DNA of 63,326 nucleotides, counting the filler, from Aduncisulcus paluster (lineage: Eukaryota): the NCBI GenBank assembly GCA_024181965.1. It is 5 parts of 5 records of this genome, joined end to end, with 100 filler letters (N's around TTAATTAATTAA, not from the genome) between each part and the next. Parts side by side here need not be neighbours in the genome. Positions count along the whole stretch, not along the records: positions 1 to 24,997 come from BQXS01010121.1; 4 more parts are not named here. The stretch is one strand, 5' to 3'. Position 1 is the first letter of the stretch; every line of letters starts with the position of its first letter. Position numbers and translations under genes: made by a program. Below the pieces are notes generated by a model that did no database searches, was not told where the DNA came from, and saw only the letters and a program-made list of their open reading frames with translations. Shown here one piece after another: positions 1 through 11,800 of this stretch.

Positions 1-1
1 G

Positions 2-1432
2 GCAGACAGCCTTGCTGAGGCATCATCCAGAGGCGATAAAGAATCACATTTGGCCAAGGATGAAGAGGAAGGTACAGATGCCGAAGAAGAAGAAGAGGAG
101 GAAGAGGAGGAGAGTGGAGCAGCACAGATGTGGGCTCATGCCGATGAGGAGGAAGAAGAGGAAGAGGAAGAGGAAGAACAACATCACGAGGGAGTCCATG
201 GAAATGAGAAGGAAGAAGATGAGAAGGAAGAAGATGAGAAGGAAGAATCGTCCAAAAATAGTGAAGACATGATCACGGAGGCAGCTTCCAAGTTTGGGGC
301 TCTGTTTGGTATCTCTGCAGACGAGGAAGACGAGGAGGATGAAGATTTCAATGGTATGGAAATGATGGAAGATGGTATGGGTGGGCATAACGGAGAAGAA
401 GAGGACGAGGAAGAAGATGACCTCGGCGAAAATAGTTTTGATTTTGTCGAAGAGCCTGAATATTTCAATCCTTCTTTCTGCCCTCCTCTTGGGACCTGGG
501 AACTCCATTGTACAGCTTATTTGATTCCTGATGACATTGCATCCTTATCCATTGTTTCTCATTCTTCTTCCGGCAAACTATTCCCTCAACATAGAGAGAT
601 TGAAGGTGAGGCCGATGAAGCATGTGCCACTGAAGAACATGATATCACTGAGCCCGAAGAACCCCCAGTTCTTCCAGCCTTACCCCTTTCCGCGTCTTCT
701 ATTATTCCAAGGAAGAGTATAGTCAGAGCCGTTGTAAGTTGCGCCAAATATTCTTTTGTGATGCCTTGTATTGAACAATCACTGGAATCTGTTCATTCGA
801 CCTCGTCTTCTAACAAAACTGTTGCCGTGAAGCAAGAGGAAGAAGAAGATGTGAAGCAAGAAGGAGGAGAGAAGGAGAGATGCATTGGTCATATCGACAA
901 AGGGATTGACTCCATTGTATCATATGTTCCTCGTTTGTTTAAGTCTATCAGAGCTTCAGTATCATTCTCCATGGACCAGTACATTGCTCTATTAATTGCA
1001 AAGATGGTACAAGGTGCCAAAGTAACCCTTGAGGATCTTGTCAGTCGAAGAAGTGATTCTGACTCATCGAGAGTTTCTCAGTATACCTCTGACGACAAGA
1101 AGAGAGAGAGAGATGAAAGGGAGATGGAAGAAGGAACGATTGATCCCTCTAGGGCAATGGAAAAGCAAGTAGAGAGAGATATGCTTAAGAGATTGACAGG
1201 TGGTGATGATCTCGAAGAAAAAGTTGAAGATGAGAATTGTCCCTTCGTTTCCATTGAAAGGTGTGACATATCGCCTGGAAATATGTGCGCAAATCTAACA
1301 TTGTACTTAAATATTACCAAACCAGTCGGGTCACATCTATCAATTTCAGCAGTCGCAAATAAGATTGCCATTATAATTTTGCAAATGGAAGCTCAATGTG
1401 CGATGCGAATGACAAATTATTCTGTTATATAA
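2..1432 (+). CDS. Hypothetical protein with very acidic low-complexity region, 5'-truncated by the window edge
   Basis: Frame is open from base 2 to TAA at 1430-1432; poly-Glu/Asp tracts; no family recognised. Confidence 0.75.
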   Translation, partial: ADSLAEASSRGDKESHLAKDEEEGTDAEEEEEEEEEESGAAQMWAHADEEEEEEEEEEEQHHEGVHGNEKEEDEKEEDEKEESSKNSEDMITEAASKFGALFGISADEEDEEDEDFNGMEMMEDGMGGHNGEEEDEEEDDLGENSFDFVEEPEYFNPSFCPPLGTWELHCTAYLIPDDIASLSIVSHSSSGKLFPQHREIEGEADEACATEEHDITEPEEPPVLPALPLSASSIIPRKSIVRAVVSCAKYSFVMPCIEQSLESVHSTSSSNKTVAVKQEEEEDVKQEGGEKERCIGHIDKGIDSIVSYVPRLFKSIRASVSFSMDQYIALLIAKMVQGAKVTLEDLVSRRSDSDSSRVSQYTSDDKKRERDEREMEEGTIDPSRAMEKQVERDMLKRLTGGDDLEEKVEDENCPFVSIERCDISPGNMCANLTLYLNITKPVGSHLSISAVANKIAIIILQMEAQCAMRMTNYSVI

Positions 1433-1815
1433 AACGCTTTGTGAGATTATAAATCACGATAGAGGACTCCTATGAGTTCGAAAAAACTCAAATTATTTTT
1501 CTCTTGGAGACTCCAAGTTGGAGTATCACAATAAAATTGCTATTTTATAATTTAAATCAAATATTCAAATCTTATAATTATATGACCAGTCCTTAATATC
1601 CACGTAGCTTTATAAATGATGGTTGGAAAAAATGTTGTCAGTTGCCAGCGATGGTTATTATTGAAAATCAATTTAGATATTTTTTATTACTTTGACAAGG
1701 GTCATGGATAATTTGTAAGGAATATTGTTTATTTTCATCTTAAGTATCGAAATAGAATAATTCTATAGAATTCCTTCAAAGAATTCAATTCAAGTTGTAT
1801 TTCGTGGGCTAATTA

Positions 1816-2529
1816 TGTCATATCCTCTGAATTCCTTTAGAATACTATATAGTTGATACAGAATCATCTACGTCAATGCTTATTGATATTTTCATAAAAT
1901 TCGTATCCTCAACCAAATTCATCTGCCAGGATTCATATAAATTCTTTGAAGTTATAGAGCAATTTACTATTTTAAATGCCGAATTGAAATGAAAAACATG
2001 ATAAAAAATGAGAATATTTCCAAAACTAACGAAATGACAGGACAAACTACGATCAAGTCAGATCTTAAGGATGAATGTTGACAAAAAAAGACATATATAT
2101 AAGATATTAAGAGTTAAACAAAGGCCTGAATGAATGATATAAACAAATATTGGTCTTTGGATNNNNNNNNNNNNNNNNNNNNTGTCATATCCTCTGAATT
2201 CCTTTAGAATACTATATAGTTGATACAGAATCATCTACGTCAATGCTTATTGATATTTTCATAAAATTCGTATCCTCAACCAAATTCATCTGCCAGGATT
2301 CATATAAATTCTTTGAAGTTATAGAGCAATTTACTATTTTAAATGCCGAATTGAAATGAAAAACATGATAAACAATGAGAATATTTCCAAAACTAACGAA
2401 ATGACAGGACAAACTACGATCAAGTCAGATCTTAAGGATGAATGTTGACAAAAAAAGACATATATATAAGATATTAAGAGTTAAACAAAGGCCTGAATGA
2501 ATGATATAAACAAATATTGGTCTTTGGAT
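1816..2529. repeat. Duplicated overlap around a 20-N gap (assembly artefact or haplotype pair)
   Basis: 1816-2162 recurs at 2183-2529 with one substitution; N20 at 2163-2182. Confidence 0.9.
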
Positions 2530-2602
2530 GGAACTTATACAAAATCATAAAAAAGAAGAGAACAAAGAAATACAAAATCAGTAGATCTAGTCAAGACTAC
2601 GA

Positions 2603-4789
2603 TTAACACTTAATCATGGTAAATTGAGTGAGAGAAGACTTTCCGATACGTTGTGTGTGCATGACGGTGAATCCGTGAGTTTTGTAGAAACTGACAGCTG
2701 ATTCGTTGTATGCACAAACACATACTGGCATGGACAATGATGCGGCCATAGAAGTAAGCTTATTAAGAAGACTAGAACGTAAGAGAGAAGCATTGGAACT
2801 ACTGGAATCAACGTGGAGACAGTTAATGGAGATATAAGAACGGGATCCAAGAATGTTTTTACGGATTTTCCTCTCGTATTTAAGAGTCTTACGGAGACGC
2901 ATATGAACTGCGGGAGAAGTCTTGAATGGAAGAGAGACAGCTCTACGAGATAATCTCTTCTTGATACGCTTCCTTGTGACTTCAGTGTCAAACAATAACA
3001 CTCCTTCACATTTGAAGTAAGAAGGATCATTAGGTGTTCTGTAGCACTGCTGAGAGATACTTGAAGGGGCTGGCTGGAGTAAAAGTTGTGGAGAATCACA
3101 TGGACACACGGAGGAACTATCTTCTTCATCTCCATGATTAAGATCATCACTGAATGTCACCTTGGACTCACGCTTTCCTCTAGGCTTAGTATCGATCATA
3201 CGAGCAGTAAAGACACCACATCCATCGCTATAGGCACCAACACAGACATTCACATACTTCCCACATCTAACTGAACGTTTAAGAGCAGTTCCAGGTGCGA
3301 CAGTGATGGCAGAACTCTTGGAGATACCTGTGGCTTGGTCAGTTTGATAGCGAACACATGCATCTGAGGAAGTCGTACGTTCAATTCCAACAGTGGCCCA
3401 AGTGTCATACTCGGAACCTTCCTTTCCCTTCTTACACAACCTTGCACTGCTACAAACAGGAAGATCCTTTAAGCCAAGAAGGGTAGGATCAGCCATCGAT
3501 CCTTGAGAGATACGTCTGGTTGAGATCTTCTTCAGGGGTTGTTCAATGGTCATATGCACAGCCTTTGAGGGTTTACGGGCAAAGAGGCCAGGCTTGGCAC
3601 TCTCGACATGAGTATAATCGCTGATACTCTTTGGAATTGTGAATTGAGATGCAGCTTGAGCAGTAAGGGCGTAAACAAGCATGTTTCCAGGAAGGATATG
3701 AGAAGAAGACACAGAAGACAAAGCGACAACATCGAGAAGACGCTCGGAGGGATTCTTACTAAGTGCCTTGGATTCCAAACGATCATATCCATAGTATTTG
3801 GATAACATGGAGGCTTGTTTCTGTGCTCCAGATGTGGCTCCACACGAACAGATTGCAGTGTCATGGGACACACAGACTTCGGGCTGAGGAGTTGTGGTTG
3901 GGTGAGGATGAGCGTAGAGGGAATAATGTTGTCTGGAGAGATCAGTGGCAGAACTCTGGGGAGCAGATGACAAAACATCAGCACGGGACAACCCACCACA
4001 CTCGGTACAGACACCAGCACCCGGGGAGAGATGAAGAAAGACGACATCACGACCTCCATAGGCTCTGAGGATATTCCGGGTAGTGTTGGCAACAGCAGCA
4101 CTCACAACATCGGGGTTGGAGATAGATTTCCTTCCGAAGGTGAAGAGCAAGATCTGTTCCGCAGATGATGGAGCGTGGAGAACTTTAGCCAAACGACGAA
4201 GGTTAAGACTGAATCTCTTGAGCAAACCTTTAACAGAACCAGTGAGTTTGTATCCACCAAGAGCTGCACGGACGGTACTTTTCCAATGATCCATCAGAAG
4301 AGAACGAGGGATACCAAGACACATGCACTCGACGACTCCATTGGGGTTAACAACAACAGAATGGAAGTTGGTAGTCATTGCAGACATCTTTGAGAAGAGA
4401 AGTTTATAAATACGGCGAGAGATTCTGCGGAGGAATGAAAAATTCATGGAAACGTGAGGAGGTGATTGGCGGAAGGGAAGACTGAGAATAGGAGAGTGGG
4501 GTGATGGATTGGGAGATAATGGAGCACGTAGAGGAGTCTTAAAAAGATGCTGAGAGGCAGCAGCAAGGAAAGCAATGAATGGGCAATCAAAGAAAGATTG
4601 GAGGGAATTACGAAGAACATTTTTGGGGAGAACAAAAGCTGGTAAAACTTTTGTTTGGCCACATTCAGGTGATTTGCTTTGGCCTTTTGGAGTGGGGGCT
4701 GAAACTCCATAAATACCAGTGGTAGAGTTTGAAGGGTTAAGAGGATCCATTTCGGTTAAAATAGGTTGAGATTGAGTTTCGACAGACAT
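2603..4789 (-). CDS. 728-aa protein with C-terminal GNAT acetyltransferase-like motif
   Basis: Long ATG-started ORF; C-terminal CAYNESAVSFYKTHGF matches the GNAT N..A..FY...GF motif. Confidence 0.65.
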   Translation of the reverse strand: MSVETQSQPILTEMDPLNPSNSTTGIYGVSAPTPKGQSKSPECGQTKVLPAFVLPKNVLRNSLQSFFDCPFIAFLAAASQHLFKTPLRAPLSPNPSPHSPILSLPFRQSPPHVSMNFSFLRRISRRIYKLLFSKMSAMTTNFHSVVVNPNGVVECMCLGIPRSLLMDHWKSTVRAALGGYKLTGSVKGLLKRFSLNLRRLAKVLHAPSSAEQILLFTFGRKSISNPDVVSAAVANTTRNILRAYGGRDVVFLHLSPGAGVCTECGGLSRADVLSSAPQSSATDLSRQHYSLYAHPHPTTTPQPEVCVSHDTAICSCGATSGAQKQASMLSKYYGYDRLESKALSKNPSERLLDVVALSSVSSSHILPGNMLVYALTAQAASQFTIPKSISDYTHVESAKPGLFARKPSKAVHMTIEQPLKKISTRRISQGSMADPTLLGLKDLPVCSSARLCKKGKEGSEYDTWATVGIERTTSSDACVRYQTDQATGISKSSAITVAPGTALKRSVRCGKYVNVCVGAYSDGCGVFTARMIDTKPRGKRESKVTFSDDLNHGDEEDSSSVCPCDSPQLLLQPAPSSISQQCYRTPNDPSYFKCEGVLLFDTEVTRKRIKKRLSRRAVSLPFKTSPAVHMRLRKTLKYERKIRKNILGSRSYISINCLHVDSSSSNASLLRSSLLNKLTSMAASLSMPVCVCAYNESAVSFYKTHGFTVMHTQRIGKSSLTQFTMIKC

Positions 4790-5402
4790 ATTATAAACAA
4801 TTATTGTTCAGATAGCAATTAGGTGAACAAAAAAAGAAAATAATTTGGAGAGATCCACATTGCCCTGAAAAATACTCCCTGCAACCGATTTCATAAATAA
4901 AAAGAAATTAAGTGATAAAAAATCAATTTAACGAATGAAAAAAAGTTACTTTCAATTCTATCCATTCTTCAATATTGCCATGGCAATCAAAAACAAAAAA
5001 TTTGCCTGATTTTTTTGTGGACCGAATTATAATTTTATTAATTAATTATGGGTTTAACCACTAATGTTTGTTAGTGTTGACAATAAAAATGAAAAAATCA
5101 AATTAATAACATCTTCCTAAAAGGAGATATCACAAAAAGGGCGATCAACAACTTGAAGCGATCGTAAATAGATAAAAATAAATGACAATAGAATAATCAT
5201 GCCATGATCTTCATGACAGAGGGAAATTGAGGAAAAACGAAATTCAAAAACTAAAAATGAAATATAATAGATAATATAATATAAAAATGGACCAATGAAT
5301 TGAATACACATATTTATATGAACATCTTTTCCACAAGAAAAAGAAGAAATAACTCATGTAAATTCGAAAAAGACTAAGAATTGGAAACTTTGATTTCTTC
5401 AG

Positions 5403-6020
5403 TTACTCTTTTTCATCGGGAAGAGACCGATCTTTGGGAGCAATATCTGCCCTTGGTTCCTTGGCCCAAGGTTTGCCCTCAAAAGCCCCCAATGAGAAAT
5501 ATGAAGGGCCTGAGAAAGAAAATAACAACGGATTCACTTTCCTCATATCCAGATGAGTTTTTTCAGGATCAAGAACTGACTCATCAGCAAGGGATGATTC
5601 TAATTTTCCTATAACAGCTGAACTTGTAGGATAATCATGGATATCAACAAGGGAAAATGACATGCAGATTGGAAGATTCCCAGCCATCGGACACAGCCTT
5701 TCGGAATCTTCTTCATGATAAAATGTTTCAAATTTCCCATTTTTAATTGGATCTTTGGTAATTCCTGCAAAATTAACTTCATCTAGAGTTTCTATGCTCC
5801 CAATATTCACGCTGAATTGTTTTTCCCTTCTAATATTTTTCAGAGTATTATGACCTTTGTTCATTCCAATGCATATCATCAAAGGTTGAATATTAATCCA
5901 AGTTATAAAAGCGAAAGTCCCATAATTTGGAGATCCATCGAGATTGCGAGTTCCGACAGCTGTGACAGTGGAAACAAGAGATCCATGTAGTTTTGAGTGA
6001 TGAAGTTCAACTTTACCCAT
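5403..6020 (-). CDS. Flavin reductase-like FMN-binding protein (flavoredoxin type)
   Basis: ATG at 6020; VGTRNLDGSPN, PLMICIG, HNTLKNIRREKQFSVNI and terminal Y..LG...G..W motifs. Confidence 0.85.
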   Translation of the reverse strand: MGKVELHHSKLHGSLVSTVTAVGTRNLDGSPNYGTFAFITWINIQPLMICIGMNKGHNTLKNIRREKQFSVNIGSIETLDEVNFAGITKDPIKNGKFETFYHEEDSERLCPMAGNLPICMSFSLVDIHDYPTSSAVIGKLESSLADESVLDPEKTHLDMRKVNPLLFSFSGPSYFSLGAFEGKPWAKEPRADIAPKDRSLPDEKE

Positions 6021-6336
6021 AACGTAAATATCTTGATTATTTGAAAGGCAGAGATAATGAAGGATTTCACTCAATCAGAAGAAAATTGGAATTTCCAATT
6101 TGGAATCATTGCAAAATCACTGATTTTAATCCATTTCCCCCAAAGCCCCCAATAAAAACACTTTACTATCTATTAATTTTAAATATTAAAATTTAATATT
6201 TATAAAATCTTAACAAAAAAAAAAAAATTACGTTGACTTGACGTTGTTGAGGTTCTCGCTAAATGGTGAGGCTCAAATAGTGAGGAAATATTATTCATTG
6301 TTTTCCTTTTTTTTCAAGAATTGCAAGTCATAATCA

Positions 6337-6978
6337 TCAATCATCAAATTGATCCCAACTGTCTTCCTGATCCTCGACAATAATACTTTCAAAGAGATCT
6401 TCAAGACCCAGTAGACCCAAAACATCAGGTTTAACAGGAATAGCATCAGGTAGACAAAGTGGGTATGAACATTCATGTTGGGCTAAGGGAAGTATTCCAA
6501 GCGAGATAACAGGAGATAGGCTGGATGAATGAAACATTCTAATCGAGGGGCGATCAAGATGTGGAATAAATCTGCCCAAGCTTTTCTGGGAAAATAATAC
6601 GGAAGAAGAATAAGATTCAGCAAATTTGGATTTCATTTTCAAAAGATCTCTTAAAAACTCGATTTCTTCATTTGATAGTGAAATATCACCCAATTCATCA
6701 ACCAATTCATCAAATTTGGAATACATTGATGCAAATAATATTGCAGAAGTAAAATTTATGGGAGAACTGAAAGAATTAGGCTTACGTTTGTGATGGAAAT
6801 TTTGGGGGAGTTTTTCCACAGTATCGAATTTATCTTCCTTTGGACGAGATTTTAGCATGTCAACTTCCTTTTTACATTTTGAATTCGCGATGAGAGCCCG
6901 GATTGAACGGTATCCACGAGATCTTCTTAAAGATATTAAAGAAGCCTGTCGTTTGTTCAATAATTCAAGGGGATACAT
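6337..6978 (-). CDS. Hypothetical protein (213 aa)
   Basis: ATG-started ORF between AT-rich intergenic regions; no family recognised. Confidence 0.55.
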   Translation of the reverse strand: MYPLELLNKRQASLISLRRSRGYRSIRALIANSKCKKEVDMLKSRPKEDKFDTVEKLPQNFHHKRKPNSFSSPINFTSAILFASMYSKFDELVDELGDISLSNEEIEFLRDLLKMKSKFAESYSSSVLFSQKSLGRFIPHLDRPSIRMFHSSSLSPVISLGILPLAQHECSYPLCLPDAIPVKPDVLGLLGLEDLFESIIVEDQEDSWDQFDD

Positions 6979-7257
6979 TGAATTTTCATGATAACAGCTT
7001 GATTAATAATTTGGATAGCGAGAAAAACGATATCGAGGGAATATATCACTTATAGAACCATAATGGACAATATTTTCACATTCCCAATCTAATTTTCAAC
7101 CATATTTATCCTTTATTTTCTTTCCTTAAGCTTACTTTCCACTAAACAAAGAAATTGATGGAATACTATTTTTAGAAAGTACAATCTCACTCCACCAACC
7201 CTATGCAATCCTTTACCCCTCCTCCTTTTCCGAAGGTTAATATATAGAACTGCAATA

Positions 7258-8121
7258 ATGGTTAATTTCTTCAACTCTCTCCCTAAGGACGGTCGCGTAT
7301 CTTCTGCTGCTAAATCATCTCCCGCCAAGATCACTCAACCCAAGAAAAAGGTCCCTAAGAAGAAGCCTGTTGATCGTATGTATTTATAATTTTTATTTTT
7401 TTCTCTGCTCCGATTTGTTTTTATTGATAATTTTTTCTTTTACTTCGCTTCTTAAGGTGTCGGAAAATCCAGCACTGCTCTCGGTGAGGATTGGATCAAG
7501 AAACAAGAAAGCCTTGAAAAGGATACCAAGAAAAAGGTAGAGACTAAACGTCCCCCACACAAGAAGGAAGATACCAAGCGTCCTAAGCGTGAAAAGGATC
7601 ACCATGTCTCTGGAACTGGCCTCACCAAAGCTAACAAGAAGGGTGGCCGTGGAAAGGGAAACTGGGGTGATGCTACTGCTAAAGTTGATATTGTTGAAGC
7701 TAAGAAGGAGGCCAAGGGTGAGAAGGTTGAAGTTGTCGAGGAGGTCAAGCCTGAGGTTGTCGAGAAGAAGGAAGAGGCCAAACCTGAGCCCAAGATCCGT
7801 TCTCTTGACGAGTTCGAGCAAGCCCAACGTACCATTAAGCCCAAACACAAGAAACGTAAGGTCGAATCTTCTTTGACCGTTTCCGCCGCCACCAAGAAGG
7901 AGACTGGAAACGAGTTCGCTTCTTTGATGAAGAAGAAGAAGGCTCCCAAGAGCAAGACCTCTCAACCTAAGGTTGCTGATATCACTGCTCATGTTCTTGA
8001 CGTTGACGCTCAACCTAGACGTGGTCCTAAGAAACCTTCCCGTAAGGATGGTGGAAAGAAGTTCCAGGGCCCTCGTAAGGATCAGCCCAAGAAGCCCCGT
8101 ACTCCTCCCAAGAAGGAGTAA
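7258..8121 (+). CDS. SERBP1: SERBP1/HABP4/Stm1-family RNA- and ribosome-binding protein, 2 exons (7258-7375, 7457-8121), 260 aa
   Basis: Spliced translation contains KREKDHHVSGTG...KKGGRGKGNWG and RSLDEF motifs; Lys-rich. Confidence 0.85.
7376..7456 (+). other. Spliceosomal intron (81 nt)
   Basis: GTATGT...TAAG, T-rich, contains an in-frame TAA; removal restores the ORF. Confidence 0.85.
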
Positions 8122-8885
8122 CTTTTCAAAACAACATTTGGAGTGAATTGAAAAGTTGTTCTCATTATGCAGTAAACATATTTCCCCTCCAGAATCATTC
8201 AATGATTGAGAAGTTCTCGAATGCTTTTTGACACAAAACTATGTGATATTTGTTTTAAATCTCAATGCTAAAATTTGACAACGAGTTGTTGATAACATTG
8301 ATCCTGTGCTCTATTCTTCATCCACTGTTTCAGGAAGTTTTTTGGAACCGTTCAGAAGAACGGTCCATAAATGTGACATTTAATTATGAAAATTGGCTTT
8401 TGACAAGATAACCACATAATCAATGATCAAAACCATGTTTATATGGTTTTATTGACTCAAATTGAGCGATCGTACTTAGTATTCTATGCATTCTGGGCAT
8501 TTGGAAGAATCTTCAGGTGTGACACTTGAAACAATGGGAGATTAAGGTTTATATCAAGTTGGAAAAGAACAAAAACTTATTATTTACTTTAGAAATTGAG
8601 AAAAATATAAGATCAAAACACATAAGAAACATTATTGAGCGAGATAACAAAATCTGCTTTGAAATTATGGATGATTTTGAAGGAGGGTTTTGAAATCCAG
8701 TACTAAACTGTACGATCCGTTTGTTAACAAGAATGGGTTCTAAAGAGAATCCGAATTAAAAAAAAATTGAAAAATAAAGTTCCAGACTTTCAACACTCCA
8801 GAAAAGATATTATATATAGATAGATAGATATTGTTTCATTAACATTAATTCCGATGAATCAATCAATAAAAACACTGGAAATATA

Positions 8886-11800
8886 TCATTTTTGGTAATG
8901 AACTGGTTTGACACGAGGGAAAAGATCAGCAACCTCCACAAGAGTTTTAGGATTGCCACCATGCCACACTGCTGGTGTACATTGGCACATTTCTTTGAGA
9001 ATATCTCCAAAATCTGGCTCACACCCTCGTAGATGAGCGCATAGGGAATGTGATACACCAATTGTCCTCACTCCACACTCGTAGAAGAAACTCGGCATCG
9101 GGGAGGATTGTTCTGATGCCTTACTGATCGGAATTGAGGAAAGAATATCCTTGGGAGATGAGGATGAAGGCGATGAAGATGAAGAAGTGATAAGAGCTGC
9201 GAAAGTAGCATCCTCAGTGGAAACCTTTTCACCAAGACGAATCATTCGTACCAGAGTACCAATCAAAGTCTTGAGTTCACGAACACTTCGATACATACAC
9301 CCAAAGCCCAAATCCTCATGATTCTCGTCATCCACGGCACTTGAATCCTTCCTTCTGACCTTCGCAGACGAATCACGAGCCATTCTCTTATCCCTGTATT
9401 TCTCAGTAAATAGCATCGATTGTGTCAGCAACCGGAGACCTGCCTCGCAAAGGTCAAGCATGGAACGCACTGTTTTGGGACTGAAAGGGATTCCACATCC
9501 ATTCGACACAGTAAGAGCAGACTCGTAGATTGAAGGTCTTCGATCAGAACCCTTTTTCTCAAGTTCAGCCCGGACATTATCCCATAATAAATCTTCAAAG
9601 ATACTAACACTATTCGAACCCTCAATAGTGGAAGTTTGGCGGAATAACTCTATTTTTTGGGCAATGACAGATGCATACAGTCCACACAGATATTCAACGC
9701 TCATTGAATCCGACACTGATGTTGACCAATGTGACAACACCGAATTCATCCAATCTCTATATTTAGTACTTGAGAGAACAATTAATACAAATATACTCCC
9801 TTCTCTTAGCAACGAATGAATGAGGATAAGAAGATGTAAAGTCTTTTCGGGATGCAAAAGGTTCATTTGTTTGTGCATAATCGTGTTAAGGATTGTCACA
9901 GCAGCCTCTTTTCCATCCTGCCAGGTGTGTGTGATTAATTTATATATATACTTACTCTTGACATCAGCTTTTGTTTTCAGTATCTTGTTAATAACATGAG
10001 AAATCGAACGAATTTTAATACATGGAGTTTCACCGAGACGAAGGNNNNNNNNNNNNNNNNNNNNTCTTAGCAACGAATGAATGAGGATAAGAAGATGTAA
10101 AGTCTTTTCGGGATGCAAAAGGTTCATTTGTTTGTGCATAATCGTGTTAAGGATTGTCACAGCAGCCTCTTTTCCATCCTGCCAGGTGTGTGTGATTAAT
10201 TTATATATATACTTACTCTTGACATCAGCTTTTGTTTTCAGTATCTTGTTAATAACATGAGAAATCGAACGAATTTTAATACATGGAGTTTCACCGAGAC
10301 GAAGGGTGTAGAGCGAGGAGAATCTTGAAGGGATAATCATTGAATACTCGAGGGAAGGAGAGGGATACAGGGGACCGTGATGAGACATATGCATTGATTC
10401 GGACACAAGAGAAGAGGAAGAAGAAGAGGAAGAAGAATTACGTTTTGATTGTTTCAGAGAAGGACCAATAATGATTCGAGAGGAAGATGAAGAGTAGGAA
10501 TCCGTATCTGAAGAAGAGATAGGGGTAGATATTGTGATAGTGTCTTGTGAATGAGAGTCTCCTTGAGTGCTTGAGGTGGCATCTGACCACATGAGAAGGG
10601 AAGAAAGATTACTATCTAAAGACTTAGGACCAACTGGATGAAGTGTGGAGGGTTTTGTCTGAGAAATAGGTTTTAAAGGCTTTGAGGATTTCGATATCAT
10701 TTGAGGTTTATCAACTTTTTGAGGATTTTTCTTGACTGAAGTAGTATCTTGACTTGGATTATCTTGCATTTGGAAGGCCTTATCCCAATCGCTATCTCCA
10801 CCTTTCCCATCTGTGACAGTCTGAGTGTCTCTAGGAGAAGTAAAATCGTCAAAGAAATGTTCAAGAGAAAAATCAGAGGTTGGACCACTCTGAGCTTGTT
10901 TGGGTTGTGCTGTGGATTGTGGTTTAGGTAGGTCCTTTTCAAGCTGTTTTGGATTCGATACAATAATAGAGGGAACACTTGAGTCTGGTCCAATATCAAA
11001 TGCATCTCCAAATACATCGCCAGAAGCGAATGTATCATCTGGAATGGCAGCAGTAAAATCACTTGGAATGCTCTTATCTGCATTTGTACTCCAAAATGCA
11101 TCAAATGAATCATCTACCATACCTTGTTTGGGGTTATCTCCCTGCTGTTCTTCCTCCTCTTCCTCTCCTTCCCTTCCAAACAATAATCCTTGCTTTTCCT
11201 CAGAGTTAAGGTCAGAATCATCATTTGAGCCATCAAATGGGATAGGATTAGCACCATCAGTATCCATTCTAGCAGATGATACCTTTATATCTTTTTCTTT
11301 TCCTCCACTTTTGTCGGCCGATGTATCAAATCCATCATCAAAATCATCCCATTCTTGTCCAAAACCATCTTTGTCAGTGCTTTCAAACCCATCATGACCA
11401 GGACGATTATGACCACTTGTTGAATCCAAATCAAACCCGTCGAGAGCACCACTATTGGAAGTATCCTTTAGTTCAATGAATCCATTCGATTGAGTTTCAC
11501 CACCGTCACCTTTTTCGTCCTTATCCTTACAACAATCTGCATCAACAGGACCAGTTAACTCACTGGAACTTTCTGAGCTACTCGATTCCTCGTCGGCATT
11601 TTTACCGGTGCCATCACCTGTATTGTTATTATGATCGATGTATTTATCATCTTTGTTATGATGTTGATCCATATCCGTCGATTCTGATCGAAGAACAGGT
11701 CTGGAAGTATCAGCGATTTCTTTCACATCTGGCACAGTAGACAAAGACGGAGCTTGTGTAAAGGATAACATATCAAAAATATCATCCGTAGATTGGGGAG

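Noticed and set aside
1504-1524. Overlapping short palindromes TTGGAGACTCCAAGTTGGAGT
   Set aside because: Stems of only 6-7 bp with no further support.
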